This document shows, in pieces, positions 1 to 15,642 of a DNA stretch of 64,000 nucleotides (its first letter is position 1; the number at the start of each line of letters is the position of its first letter). The notes beneath the pieces were generated by a model. It was not told where the DNA came from and made no database searches. It saw only the letters and a list, made by a program, of their open reading frames with translations. Source of the DNA: Prosthecobacter sp. (GTDB lineage: Bacteria; Verrucomicrobiota; Verrucomicrobiia; Verrucomicrobiales; Verrucomicrobiaceae); contig JBIJBO010000002.1 of assembly GCA_044345215.1 (NCBI GenBank), positions 272 through 64,271 on the forward strand, in the 5' to 3' direction. The translations under genes were made by a program, and so were the position numbers.

Positions 1-839
1 CCCGCGAGCACATCCTCCTGGCCCGCCAGGTCGGCGTGCCGGCGATCGTTGTCTTCCTGAACAAGGTGGACATGGTCGACGACCCCGAGCTCCTCGACCT
101 CGTTGAGATGGAAGTCCGCGACCTGCTCTCGAAGTATGACTTCCCGGGCGACGACATTCCGATCGTCAAGGGTTCCGCCCTCAAGGCGCTGGAAGGCGAC
201 GAAGAGCAGCGCGGCAACATCCTCAAACTCATGGATGCGGTCGACAACTACATCCCGCTGCCGGAGCGTCCGATCGATCAGGACTTCCTGATGCCGATCG
301 AAGACGTGTTCGCCATTGAAGGCCGCGGCACCGTCTGCACCGGCCGTGTCGAGCGTGGCATCGTCAAGAAGATGTCGGAAGTCGAAATCATCGGCATCCG
401 CCCGACCGTCAAGACCACCGTCACGGACATCGAAATGTTCCGCAAGCTCCTCGACGAAGGTCGTGCGGGCGACAACGTTGGCCTGCTCCTTCGCGGCATC
501 AAGAAGACCGACGTTGAGCGCGGCCAGGTCATCGCCAAGCCGGGCTCCGTCGCCCCTCACAAGAAGTTCAAGGCTGAGGTCTACGTTCTCTCGAAGGACG
601 AGGGCGGCCGCCACACCCCCTTCTTCAACAACTACCGCCCGCAGTTCTACTTCCGCACCACGGACGTGACCGGCAGCGTGACCCTCCCCGAGGGCGTTGA
701 AATGGTGATGCCCGGCGACAATGTCTCGATCACCGTCGAATTGATCACGCCCATCGCCATGGAAAAGACCATCCGTTTCGCCATCCGCGAGGGCGGCAAG
801 ACGGTGGGTGCCGGACGCGTGTCCGACATCCTCGACTGA
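1..839 (+). CDS. tuf: Elongation factor Tu, C-terminal part (5' end outside window)
   Basis: The frame is open from base 3 ([23 protein letters not shown]...) and continues into track ORF 36..839. It has the NKxD motif (FLNKVD), [21 protein letters not shown] and [14 protein letters not shown]. Stop TGA is at 837-839. It heads the conserved tuf-secE-nusG-rplKAJL-rpoBC array. Confidence 0.97.
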   Translation, partial: REHILLARQVGVPAIVVFLNKVDMVDDPELLDLVEMEVRDLLSKYDFPGDDIPIVKGSALKALEGDEEQRGNILKLMDAVDNYIPLPERPIDQDFLMPIEDVFAIEGRGTVCTGRVERGIVKKMSEVEIIGIRPTVKTTVTDIEMFRKLLDEGRAGDNVGLLLRGIKKTDVERGQVIAKPGSVAPHKKFKAEVYVLSKDEGGRHTPFFNNYRPQFYFRTTDVTGSVTLPEGVEMVMPGDNVSITVELITPIAMEKTIRFAIREGGKTVGAGRVSDILD

Positions 840-866
840 TTTGTTGCCAGGTTCGCTTTGTCGTTT

Positions 867-905
867 GGCCGCCGCAGATTCTGGCGCACAGGATCTGCGG
901 CGGCC
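867..905 (+). terminator. GC-rich stem-loop downstream of tuf (possible terminator or processing site, no U-tract)
   Basis: Perfect 13-bp inverted repeat GGCCGCCGCAGAT ... ATCTGCGGCGGCC with a 13-nt loop, 28 nt after the tuf stop and about 50 nt before tRNA-Trp. No T-run follows. Confidence 0.35.
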
Positions 906-958
906 TCCTCCCCGGAGGCGACGACGAGTGGCCCGTCACCCTGTCGGTTTTGCTTCAC

Positions 959-1034
959 AGGTCAGTAGCTCAGTCGGTAGAGCGGCGGTCTCCAAAACCG
1001 CAAGTCGGGGGTTCGAGTCCCTCCTGACCTGCCA
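959..1034 (+). tRNA. trnW: tRNA-Trp (anticodon CCA), CCA end encoded
   Basis: Hand-folded cloverleaf. Acceptor AGGTCAG/CTGACCT, D-arm GCTC-AGTCGGTA-GAGC, anticodon arm GCGGT-CTCCAAA-ACCGC with CCA at positions 34-36, T-arm GGGGG-TTCGAGT-CCCTC, discriminator G plus CCA. The position between tuf and secE is typical. Confidence 0.95.
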
Positions 1035-1078
1035 CTCCCCCCGTGGGATCATCTCAGCAGCCTCCCCATCCTTTCCGC

Positions 1079-1300
1079 ATGAGCCGCATCCGCGCCTATC
1101 TTGGCGAAGTCATCATTGAACTCAAGAAAGCCACCTGGCCCTGGGATCCGAAGGAGAAGGGTTTTGCGAAGTACAAGGAGCTTACAGACTCGACCCTCGT
1201 GGTCCTCATCGCCATGCTGCTGCTCGGCGCCTTCGTCGCCTTCTTCGACACCTCCTTCCGCGAGGCCTTCCAGGCGATCGCCAACCTGCTGGTCGGCTGA
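1079..1300 (+). CDS. secE: Preprotein translocase subunit SecE
   Basis: Internal ATG (MSRIRAYLGEVIIELKKATWP...) of track ORF 1043..1300. It is a small protein with one C-terminal TM helix (TLVVLIAMLLLGAFVAFF). The KV.WP-type motif and the position directly upstream of nusG support the call. GTG 1043 is an alternative start. Confidence 0.85.
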   Translation: MSRIRAYLGEVIIELKKATWPWDPKEKGFAKYKELTDSTLVVLIAMLLLGAFVAFFDTSFREAFQAIANLLVG

Positions 1301-1332
1301 ACCGCAACCCTTTTCCGCCCTTATCACACCTT

Positions 1333-1905
1333 ATGGGAGCCATCCCCGCGCCTCGCGACCAGTGGTACGTCATTCACGTCCGCTCCGGCCTTGAACAGAA
1401 GGTCCGTGACAACATGCTCCGCCGCATTCAGACGGAGGAGATGTCCGACTACATCTACGAGGTGCTGGTTCCGACTGAGCGCGTCTCGGAAGTGAAAAAA
1501 GGCAAGCGCTCCGAGAGCAACCGCAAGTTCTTTCCCGGTTATGTCATCGCCAACTGTCACCTGCTGGACGAGCACAACCGGCTGGTGGAGAAGACTTGGT
1601 ACTTCATCAAGGAGACCGACGGTGTACTGAATTTTGCCGGCGCCAAGGATCACCCCATGCCGATGCGCCAGCGCGAAGTCGATGGCATGCTTGCCCAGGT
1701 TCGTGACAAGGATGATTCGGCCAGGCCGAAGATTGCCTTCAACGTTGGCGACAGCGTGCGCGTGGCCGACGGCCCGTTCGAGAGCCAGACCGGCATCATC
1801 GAGGAGATCGACCCCGAACGCGGCGTTCTGCGAGTTTCAGTCAACATCTTCGGGCGCTCCGCCCCCGTGGACCTCGAATACTGGCAGGTGGAGAAATCCG
1901 CATGA
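1333..1905 (+). CDS. nusG: Transcription termination/antitermination factor NusG
   Basis: 190 aa. The N-terminal NGN motif is WYVIHVRSGLEQKV. The C-terminal KOW motif is FNVGDSVRVADGPFESQTGIIEEIDPERGVLRVSVNIFGR. It lies in secE-nusG-rplK synteny. Confidence 0.95.
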   Translation: MGAIPAPRDQWYVIHVRSGLEQKVRDNMLRRIQTEEMSDYIYEVLVPTERVSEVKKGKRSESNRKFFPGYVIANCHLLDEHNRLVEKTWYFIKETDGVLNFAGAKDHPMPMRQREVDGMLAQVRDKDDSARPKIAFNVGDSVRVADGPFESQTGIIEEIDPERGVLRVSVNIFGRSAPVDLEYWQVEKSA

Positions 1906-1974
1906 CCCGAACCCCAACCCCCGGCCGCCGCTGAGCGCCGGCACACCCATCTCTAAGCAAGGGAATACACACAC

Positions 1975-2400
1975 ATGGCCAAAGAAATCGTCAAACTCAT
2001 CAAGCTCCAGATCAAGGCCGGCGCCGCCAACCCCGCGCCGCCGATCGGCCCCGCGCTCGGTCAGGCCGGCGTCAACATCATGGCATTCTGCAAGGAATTC
2101 AACGCCGCCACCGCCAAGGCCGGCGGTGATGTTCTGCCGACCGTGATCACGGTCTACAAGGACAAGAGCTTCACCTTCATCACCAAGCAGCCGCCGGCGT
2201 CGAACCTTCTCAAGAAGGTGGCCAACATCGCGTCCGGCTCCGGCGAGGCGAACAAGAAGAAGGTTGCCAAGATCACCAAGGCCCAGCTGCTCGAAGCCAC
2301 CAAGCTCAAGCTCGCCGACCTGAACACCACCGACCTTGAGGCGGCTTCCCGCATCATGGCCGGCACCGCCCGCCAGATGGGCATCGAAATCACCGACTAA
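1975..2400 (+). CDS. rplK: 50S ribosomal protein L11
   Basis: 141 aa, with [34 protein letters not shown], the hallmark L11 N-terminal domain. Confidence 0.97.
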   Translation: MAKEIVKLIKLQIKAGAANPAPPIGPALGQAGVNIMAFCKEFNAATAKAGGDVLPTVITVYKDKSFTFITKQPPASNLLKKVANIASGSGEANKKKVAKITKAQLLEATKLKLADLNTTDLEAASRIMAGTARQMGIEITD

Positions 2401-2449
2401 CCCCGCCGCAGGAGAACGGCACGTCCGTTCGAAAGCACTGCACCCCACC

Positions 2450-3148
2450 ATGCAAACCCGAAGCAAACGCTACAAGAAAGCCGCCGAAATGATCCCGGCG
2501 GGCAAGACATTCTCGCTCGAGGAGGCTGCGGAACTGGTCCGCAAACTGCCCGGCACCAAGTTCAACCAGACGGTCACGCTGTCGTTCCGCATGGGGGTTG
2601 ACCCAAAGAAGGGCGACCAGATGATCCGCGGCACCTGCCCGCTGCCCCATGGCTCAGGCAAGACCGTGCGTGTTGCCGTGTTCGCCGTCGGCTCCGCTGC
2701 CGAGGCTGCCAAGGCCTCTGGCGCCGACGTCGTGGGCTACGAGGATCTGATTGCCAAGGTCAAGGAGGGGGTCATGGACTTTGATGTCGCCATTGCCACC
2801 CCGGCCGCGATGAACGAAGTGCGCAAGCTCGGCAAGCAGCTTGGCCCTCGCGGCCTCATGCCGAATCCGCGTACCGGCACCGTCACCGACGACACCGCCG
2901 CCGCCGTCAAGGCTGTCAAGGCCGGTCGCGTCGACTTCAAGCTGGACAAGAACGGCAACATTGCCTCGACCATTGGCAAGGTTGCCTTCGACACCGGCGC
3001 CCTGGTGGAGAACGGCACTGCGCTCATCGACGCCATCGTCCGAGCCAAGCCGGCCAGCGCCCGCGGCCGCTACGTCCACAGCATCACGCTGGCTGCGACC
3101 ATGTCGCCCGCCCTGCGCATCGATGTCGCCAAATACGTCAAACTGTAA
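2450..3148 (+). CDS. rplA: 50S ribosomal protein L1
   Basis: Internal ATG (MQTRSKRYKKAAEMIPAGKTF...) of track ORF 2336..3148. The upstream part of that ORF overlaps rplK. Strings such as LPHGSGKTVRVAVF, GPRGLMPNPRTGTV and GRVDFKLDKNGNI are typical of L1. Confidence 0.95.
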   Translation: MQTRSKRYKKAAEMIPAGKTFSLEEAAELVRKLPGTKFNQTVTLSFRMGVDPKKGDQMIRGTCPLPHGSGKTVRVAVFAVGSAAEAAKASGADVVGYEDLIAKVKEGVMDFDVAIATPAAMNEVRKLGKQLGPRGLMPNPRTGTVTDDTAAAVKAVKAGRVDFKLDKNGNIASTIGKVAFDTGALVENGTALIDAIVRAKPASARGRYVHSITLAATMSPALRIDVAKYVKL

Positions 3149-3169
3149 CCCGTTGGGGAACCCCTAGAC

Positions 3170-3682
3170 ATGAAAGCTGAAAAGACACTCCTCATCGAAA
3201 ACCTGCTCGAGCGGGTGAACGCCTCGCCGTTCCTGATCGTCGTGGACTACACCGGCCTGACCGTTGCCAAGTTCTCCGAGCTGCGCAAGCGCCTTGCCGA
3301 GACCGGTTCCGAGATTCACGTCTTCAAGAACACGCTGGTCAAGAAGGCCGCCGAACGCGCCGGCTACCCGCAGGACATCGGTGCCCATCTCGTCGGCCAG
3401 AGCGCCGTCGTGACCGGCTCCAAGGACGTTTGCGCCGCCGCCAAGGTGCTGAAGAACTTCGCCGCTGAATTCGAGAAGCCCCAGACCAAGGCGGGCATTC
3501 TCGACGGCAAGCTTCTCGATGCCGCCGCCATCAAGGCGCTCGCTGACCTGCCCTCGCGCGAAGTCCTGCTCGCCACCCTGCTTGGCGTCCTCCAGGCCCC
3601 GGCCTCACAGCTGGTCCGCCTGCTCAACGAACCCGCCGCCTCGCTGGCGCGCGTGCTCAAGGCGAAGGGCGAACAGGCCTGA
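3170..3682 (+). CDS. rplJ: 50S ribosomal protein L10
   Basis: 170 aa. VVDYTGLTVAKFSELRKRL and VFKNTLVKKA are L10-like. It lies between rplA and rplL. Confidence 0.95.
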   Translation: MKAEKTLLIENLLERVNASPFLIVVDYTGLTVAKFSELRKRLAETGSEIHVFKNTLVKKAAERAGYPQDIGAHLVGQSAVVTGSKDVCAAAKVLKNFAAEFEKPQTKAGILDGKLLDAAAIKALADLPSREVLLATLLGVLQAPASQLVRLLNEPAASLARVLKAKGEQA

Positions 3683-3815
3683 GCCCAACCCGAATTTGAC
3701 CCGATGGCCCCTGAAAAGGCCTGAACACCAACACCCAATGGTTCCTTGCCGGAGCGAAGGCTTTCTCTCTTAAATCACCCGGAGCCCCGGGAAACGGCGA
3801 TACCGAAACACCCAT

Positions 3816-4199
3816 ATGGCAGACCTGAACAAAATCGTTGAAGAACTGAGCGGCCTTACCGTCCTGGAAGTCGCTGAACTCGTGAAAACCCTCGAAGAGA
3901 AGTGGGGCGTCAGCGCCGCCGCTCCTGTCGCCGCCGTGGCCGTGGCCGCCGGTGGTGCCGCTCCGGCCGCCGCCGCCGAGGAGAAGACCGAGTTTGACGT
4001 CGTCCTCGTGGACGGTGGCAGCAACAAGATCGCCGTCATCAAGGAAGTCCGTGGCGTCGTCCCCGGCCTGGGCCTGGCTGAGGCCAAGAAGCTCGTTGAG
4101 AGCGCTCCTCAGAAGGTCAAGGAAGGTGCCAAGAAGGACGAGGCTGAAGAGATCAAGAAGAAGCTCGAAGCCGCCGGCGCCAAAGTGGAGATCAAGTAA
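3816..4199 (+). CDS. rplL: 50S ribosomal protein L7/L12
   Basis: 127 aa. It has an Ala-rich hinge ([24 protein letters not shown]) and the C-terminal domain [34 protein letters not shown]. Confidence 0.97.
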   Translation: MADLNKIVEELSGLTVLEVAELVKTLEEKWGVSAAAPVAAVAVAAGGAAPAAAAEEKTEFDVVLVDGGSNKIAVIKEVRGVVPGLGLAEAKKLVESAPQKVKEGAKKDEAEEIKKKLEAAGAKVEIK

Positions 4200-4213
4200 C
4201 CTCCAGCCCTTTT

Positions 4214-4242
4214 CCGCGCGCCGTCGAGCCGGCGGCGCGCGG
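4214..4242 (+). terminator. Stem-loop just after rplL (candidate rplL-rpoB attenuator)
   Basis: Inverted repeat CCGCGCGCCG ... CGGCGCGCGG 15 nt after the rplL stop. A second hairpin, AAAGGAG-N8-CTCCTTT, follows at about 4245-4267. Neither has a U-tract. They sit in a 344-nt rplL-rpoB spacer, which is where E. coli has a partial terminator. Confidence 0.35.
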
Positions 4243-4543
4243 TCAAAGGAGATTCCGAAACTCCTTTCTGAAAAAACGTTTCAATCCCGCATGCCCCGCC
4301 TGTCCGCCCTGTCCCGCCTCATGCACCGGAGCCACCGCTCCAGCGCGGCGGGTACCGGAACGTTCAACGAGGTTTGCACCCAACAACTGCCTGGTGGCAG
4401 CGTGCGCGCTGTTCTCCGGGTTTTTGCCTTTCCGCTGAAATTCCCGGACCCCAGGCTGGCTGCCTGAAGTCCGCTTTTCCGCGCATGCGCCGCCGACGGC
4501 GCCCCGTCCCGCCATTGCCACCCCGTAGTTCCTCCTCCTCCCT

Positions 4544-8398
<3,855 letters not shown>

Positions 8399-8438
8399 AC
8401 CCTCCCTGAAAAATCAACCCACGCTTCGATCCAAACTT

Positions 8439-12575
<4,137 letters not shown>

Positions 12576-12607
12576 GCCCGCACGCCTGTTCAGCGTTGAA
12601 AACCTTG

Positions 12608-12640
12608 AAAACCCCGCCGGCAGCCCCGGCGGGGTTTTTT
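12608..12640 (+). terminator. Rho-independent terminator of the rpoBC transcription unit
   Basis: AAAA-CCCCGCCGG-cagcc-CCGGCGGGG-TTTTTT starts about 33 nt after the rpoC stop. It has a 9-bp GC stem, a 5-nt loop and a T6 tail. Confidence 0.85.
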
Positions 12641-12665
12641 CGGTGCATTTGGCAACGGACCCGCT

Positions 12666-13235
12666 ATGGAAGATGTCCAACCCCGCATGCCCCCGCCTTC
12701 CGAAGAACTGCCCCTCGCCGGCACGTTGCTGCTGGCCGTGCCCTCACTGCGCGACCCGAGTTTCCGTCGTGCGGTCGTTTTCATTGCCGCCCATGACGCC
12801 GAGGAGGGTGCGTTCGGCTACGTGCTGAACCGGCCCCTGCACCAGCGGGTGGCCGAACTGTTGCCCGGTGAAAACCTGGGCCCGCTGGGCGAGGTGCCGG
12901 TTTACGCCGGCGGCCCGGTCGCGGCCGACAAGCTCGCCTTTGCCTCCCTGCGCTGGATCGGTCGCACCCTGCGCTGCCAGACCCACCTGACGGTCGAAGA
13001 CGCCCTGCACGAGCTTGGCCTGGGGCGCGAGGTGCGCGGCTTTGTCGGCTATTCCGGCTGGTCCGGCGGCCAGATTGAGAGCGAGATCGAGCGGCGTTCG
13101 TGGATCATCACACCGCCGAGCCGCGCGGTTCTGGCTCCCCGTGCCCCGGAGAACCTGTGGAGCGAGGTGCTGTGCGAGCTGGGGCCGGTGTTCGGCCTGA
13201 TGGCGCGGACGCCGGAGCGGGTGGAACTGAACTAG
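12666..13235 (+). CDS. YqgE/AlgH family (UPF0301/DUF179) protein
   Basis: 189 aa. LAGTLLLAVPSLRDPSFRRAVVFIAAHDAEEGAFGYVLNRPL and VYAGGPV match the family signature. The start could instead be ATG 12687. Confidence 0.85.
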   Translation: MEDVQPRMPPPSEELPLAGTLLLAVPSLRDPSFRRAVVFIAAHDAEEGAFGYVLNRPLHQRVAELLPGENLGPLGEVPVYAGGPVAADKLAFASLRWIGRTLRCQTHLTVEDALHELGLGREVRGFVGYSGWSGGQIESEIERRSWIITPPSRAVLAPRAPENLWSEVLCELGPVFGLMARTPERVELN

Positions 13236-13291
13236 TTCCCGGCGCCGCCGGCATTTGCCCCGGCGCGCTCTTGTGCTTGATTGGCGGCTTC

Positions 13292-15619
13292 ATGACCCAC
13301 GCCGTCCTCAGCCTTCTGCGCGAAAGCCGCCACCCGATGCGCATCAACCTCGTCGGGGTCGCCGGCTCGGGCATGAGCGGCCTGGCCTCGCTGCTTCTGT
13401 CGCTCGGCCACCGAGTCAGCGGCTCCGACAAGGTTTCGACCGTGGAAACCGACCGGCTTCAGAAGCTTGGCCTGCGCTTCTTTTCGCCGCACTGCGAGGA
13501 GGAGGTGGCGGACTGTGACATGGTGATCTACTCCAGCGCCATCAAGCCGGGCAACACCGCCTATGCCGCGGCCTACCGGCTGGGCATTCCGTTGGTGCGA
13601 CGCGCCGAGTCGCTGGCCGCGTTGATGGCAAACAAAAAGGGAGTGGTCGTGGGCGGCACCCACGGCAAGACCACCACCTCCGCGCTCACCGCGCATGTGC
13701 TCCGTCAGGGCGGACTCAGGCCAAGCCATTACGTCGGTGCCGAGATTCCCGTGCTGGGTTCCAACGCGCACTGGGATCCCGAGGGGGAGCTGTTTGTCGC
13801 CGAGGGCGACGAGAGCGACGGCACGCTGGTCAACTTTCATCCGGAGCATGCCATCATTCTCAACATCGAGCCTGAGCACCTGGATTTTTACGACGGCATC
13901 GAGTCCATCAAGGCGGTGTTCCGCCGCTTGCTGGAGCAGACGCCCGGTCTCTGGATCCACTGTGCCGAGGATCCGGTTGCCCGCGAGGTCTGCGGCGGCA
14001 CGGAGCGGTCGGTTTCCTACGGCTGGAGCCGAGACCACGATTACTCCGCGGAGATCGTCGAGATGAAGCCCGACCGCAGCGACTTCGTGGTCTATGCCAA
14101 GGGGGAGCGGCTTGGCGAGGCCACACTGGGCATTCCCGGCCGCCACAATGTTTCCAACGCGCTGGCCGCCATCGCGCTCGCCAGCCGGCTGGGCGTGCCC
14201 TTTGCGACGATCCGCGCCGCGCTGGCCAGCTTCCGCGGCGCGCGCCGGCGCTTCGAGATCCGCCACAGCGGCGAACGCTTCACGGTCGTTGATGACTATG
14301 GCCATCATCCGACCGAGATCGCCGCCACGCTCGCCACGGCACGCGGGCTGAAGCCGGGGCGGATCCTCTGCCTGTTTCAGCCGCACCGCTACAGCCGCAC
14401 CCAGCTTTTGAAGCGGGAATTCGGCGCCAGCTTTGACGACGTCGATGTGCTTTTTGTTGCCGATGTCTATGCCGCCAGCGAGAAACCGCTGCCAGGAGTC
14501 AGCGGTGCGACGATTGTCGAGGCGGTGGAACGGCACAAGGCCGAGACGGGGGTCGCGGTGCCGGTCTGCCAGAGCACGCCCGGCTTGTTGGAGGCGCGCT
14601 ATCGGGCCGGCAACGCCCTGCGCCCCGGGGATCTGCTCATCACCCTCGGCGCTGGCAATGTCCATGAGGTGGGGCGCTGCATCGCCCGTGACCTGGCGGT
14701 GCTGGAGAAGGTCTGGGTCCTGCTGGAGGCTCATGGCGGCGGCACGGCGCGGCTTTATGAACCGATGAGCCGCCACACAACCTTTCTGATTGGCGGTGCC
14801 GCGCAGTTCTGGATTGAGCCGCACACGGTCAACGGGTTTGCCGAGGTTGTCCGTTGCCTTCGTGCCGCGAGTGTGCCGATCCGGGTGATCGGTCGCGGTT
14901 CCAACCTGCTGGTGCGGGATGGAGGCATTCGTGGCGCGGTACTGCACCCCGCCAAGGGCGAATTTGAGGAGGTCAGGGTCGAGGGGGAAACGCTCGTTGC
15001 TGGTGCCGGGGCGCGCCTGAAAAAGATCGCCAGTGCCTCGCGCAACGCGGGTCTGGGCGGCTTCGAATGGATGGAGGGTGTGCCCGGCAACCTGGGTGGC
15101 GCCATTCGCATGAACGCCGGTGCCATGGGCACGGAGACCTTCGACCAGATTGTCAGCGTCCGTTTTGTCGACCGCGACGGCGTCCTGCGCGAGAAACCGC
15201 TGGCCGAGATTGCCCACCAGTATCGCAGTGCGCCCGAATTCGAGGAGTGCTATGTGGTTTCCGCCGTCCTGCGGGGCGCACCCGCCGAGCGTGCGCTCAT
15301 CGACGAGCGGCTGGCCGCGTCGCACCGCAAGCGGCGCGAGAGCCAGCCCGTGGGTGCCAGTGCCGGCTGCGTTTTCAAGAATCCGGAGGTCTGCGGCGCC
15401 GGTCGACTCGTCGACGAGCTCGGGCTCAAGGGGCGCCGCAACGGCGCTGCGGAGGTTTCGGTCGTGCACGGCAACTTCATCGTCAATCGCGGCGGTGCCA
15501 CGGCGCGCGAGGTGCTTGATCTCGCCGCCGAGGTCCAGGAGGTCGCTTTGCGCGAGCGCGGCGTGCGACTGGAACTGGAAGTTCGTGTCATTGGCGAGGA
15601 TGCGCCAATGCCGCTGTGA
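13292..15619 (+). CDS. murC: Fused UDP-N-acetylmuramate--L-alanine ligase / UDP-N-acetylenolpyruvoylglucosamine reductase (MurC-MurB)
   Basis: Internal ATG (MTHAVLSLLRE...) of track ORF 13100..15619, 775 aa. The MurC part has INLVGVAGSGMSGLA, GGTHGKTTTSAL, EGDESDG, DDYGHHPTEI and FQPHRYSRT. A linker of about 22 aa follows. The MurB part has MSRHTTFLIGGAAQFW, VIGRGSNLLVRDGGIRGAVL, GAIRMNAGAMG and AGCVFKNP. There is no stop between the two halves. Confidence 0.9.
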   Translation: MTHAVLSLLRESRHPMRINLVGVAGSGMSGLASLLLSLGHRVSGSDKVSTVETDRLQKLGLRFFSPHCEEEVADCDMVIYSSAIKPGNTAYAAAYRLGIPLVRRAESLAALMANKKGVVVGGTHGKTTTSALTAHVLRQGGLRPSHYVGAEIPVLGSNAHWDPEGELFVAEGDESDGTLVNFHPEHAIILNIEPEHLDFYDGIESIKAVFRRLLEQTPGLWIHCAEDPVAREVCGGTERSVSYGWSRDHDYSAEIVEMKPDRSDFVVYAKGERLGEATLGIPGRHNVSNALAAIALASRLGVPFATIRAALASFRGARRRFEIRHSGERFTVVDDYGHHPTEIAATLATARGLKPGRILCLFQPHRYSRTQLLKREFGASFDDVDVLFVADVYAASEKPLPGVSGATIVEAVERHKAETGVAVPVCQSTPGLLEARYRAGNALRPGDLLITLGAGNVHEVGRCIARDLAVLEKVWVLLEAHGGGTARLYEPMSRHTTFLIGGAAQFWIEPHTVNGFAEVVRCLRAASVPIRVIGRGSNLLVRDGGIRGAVLHPAKGEFEEVRVEGETLVAGAGARLKKIASASRNAGLGGFEWMEGVPGNLGGAIRMNAGAMGTETFDQIVSVRFVDRDGVLREKPLAEIAHQYRSAPEFEECYVVSAVLRGAPAERALIDERLAASHRKRRESQPVGASAGCVFKNPEVCGAGRLVDELGLKGRRNGAAEVSVVHGNFIVNRGGATAREVLDLAAEVQEVALRERGVRLELEVRVIGEDAPMPL

Positions 15620-15642
15620 CGGGACGGGCGATTGCGCCGGCC

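Noticed and set aside
13232-15469. 745-aa ORF antisense to murC-murB, and 456-aa ORF 15250..16620 antisense to the MMPL gene
   Set aside because: Antisense shadows of well-supported genes. The sequence is Arg/Gly/Ala-rich and featureless.
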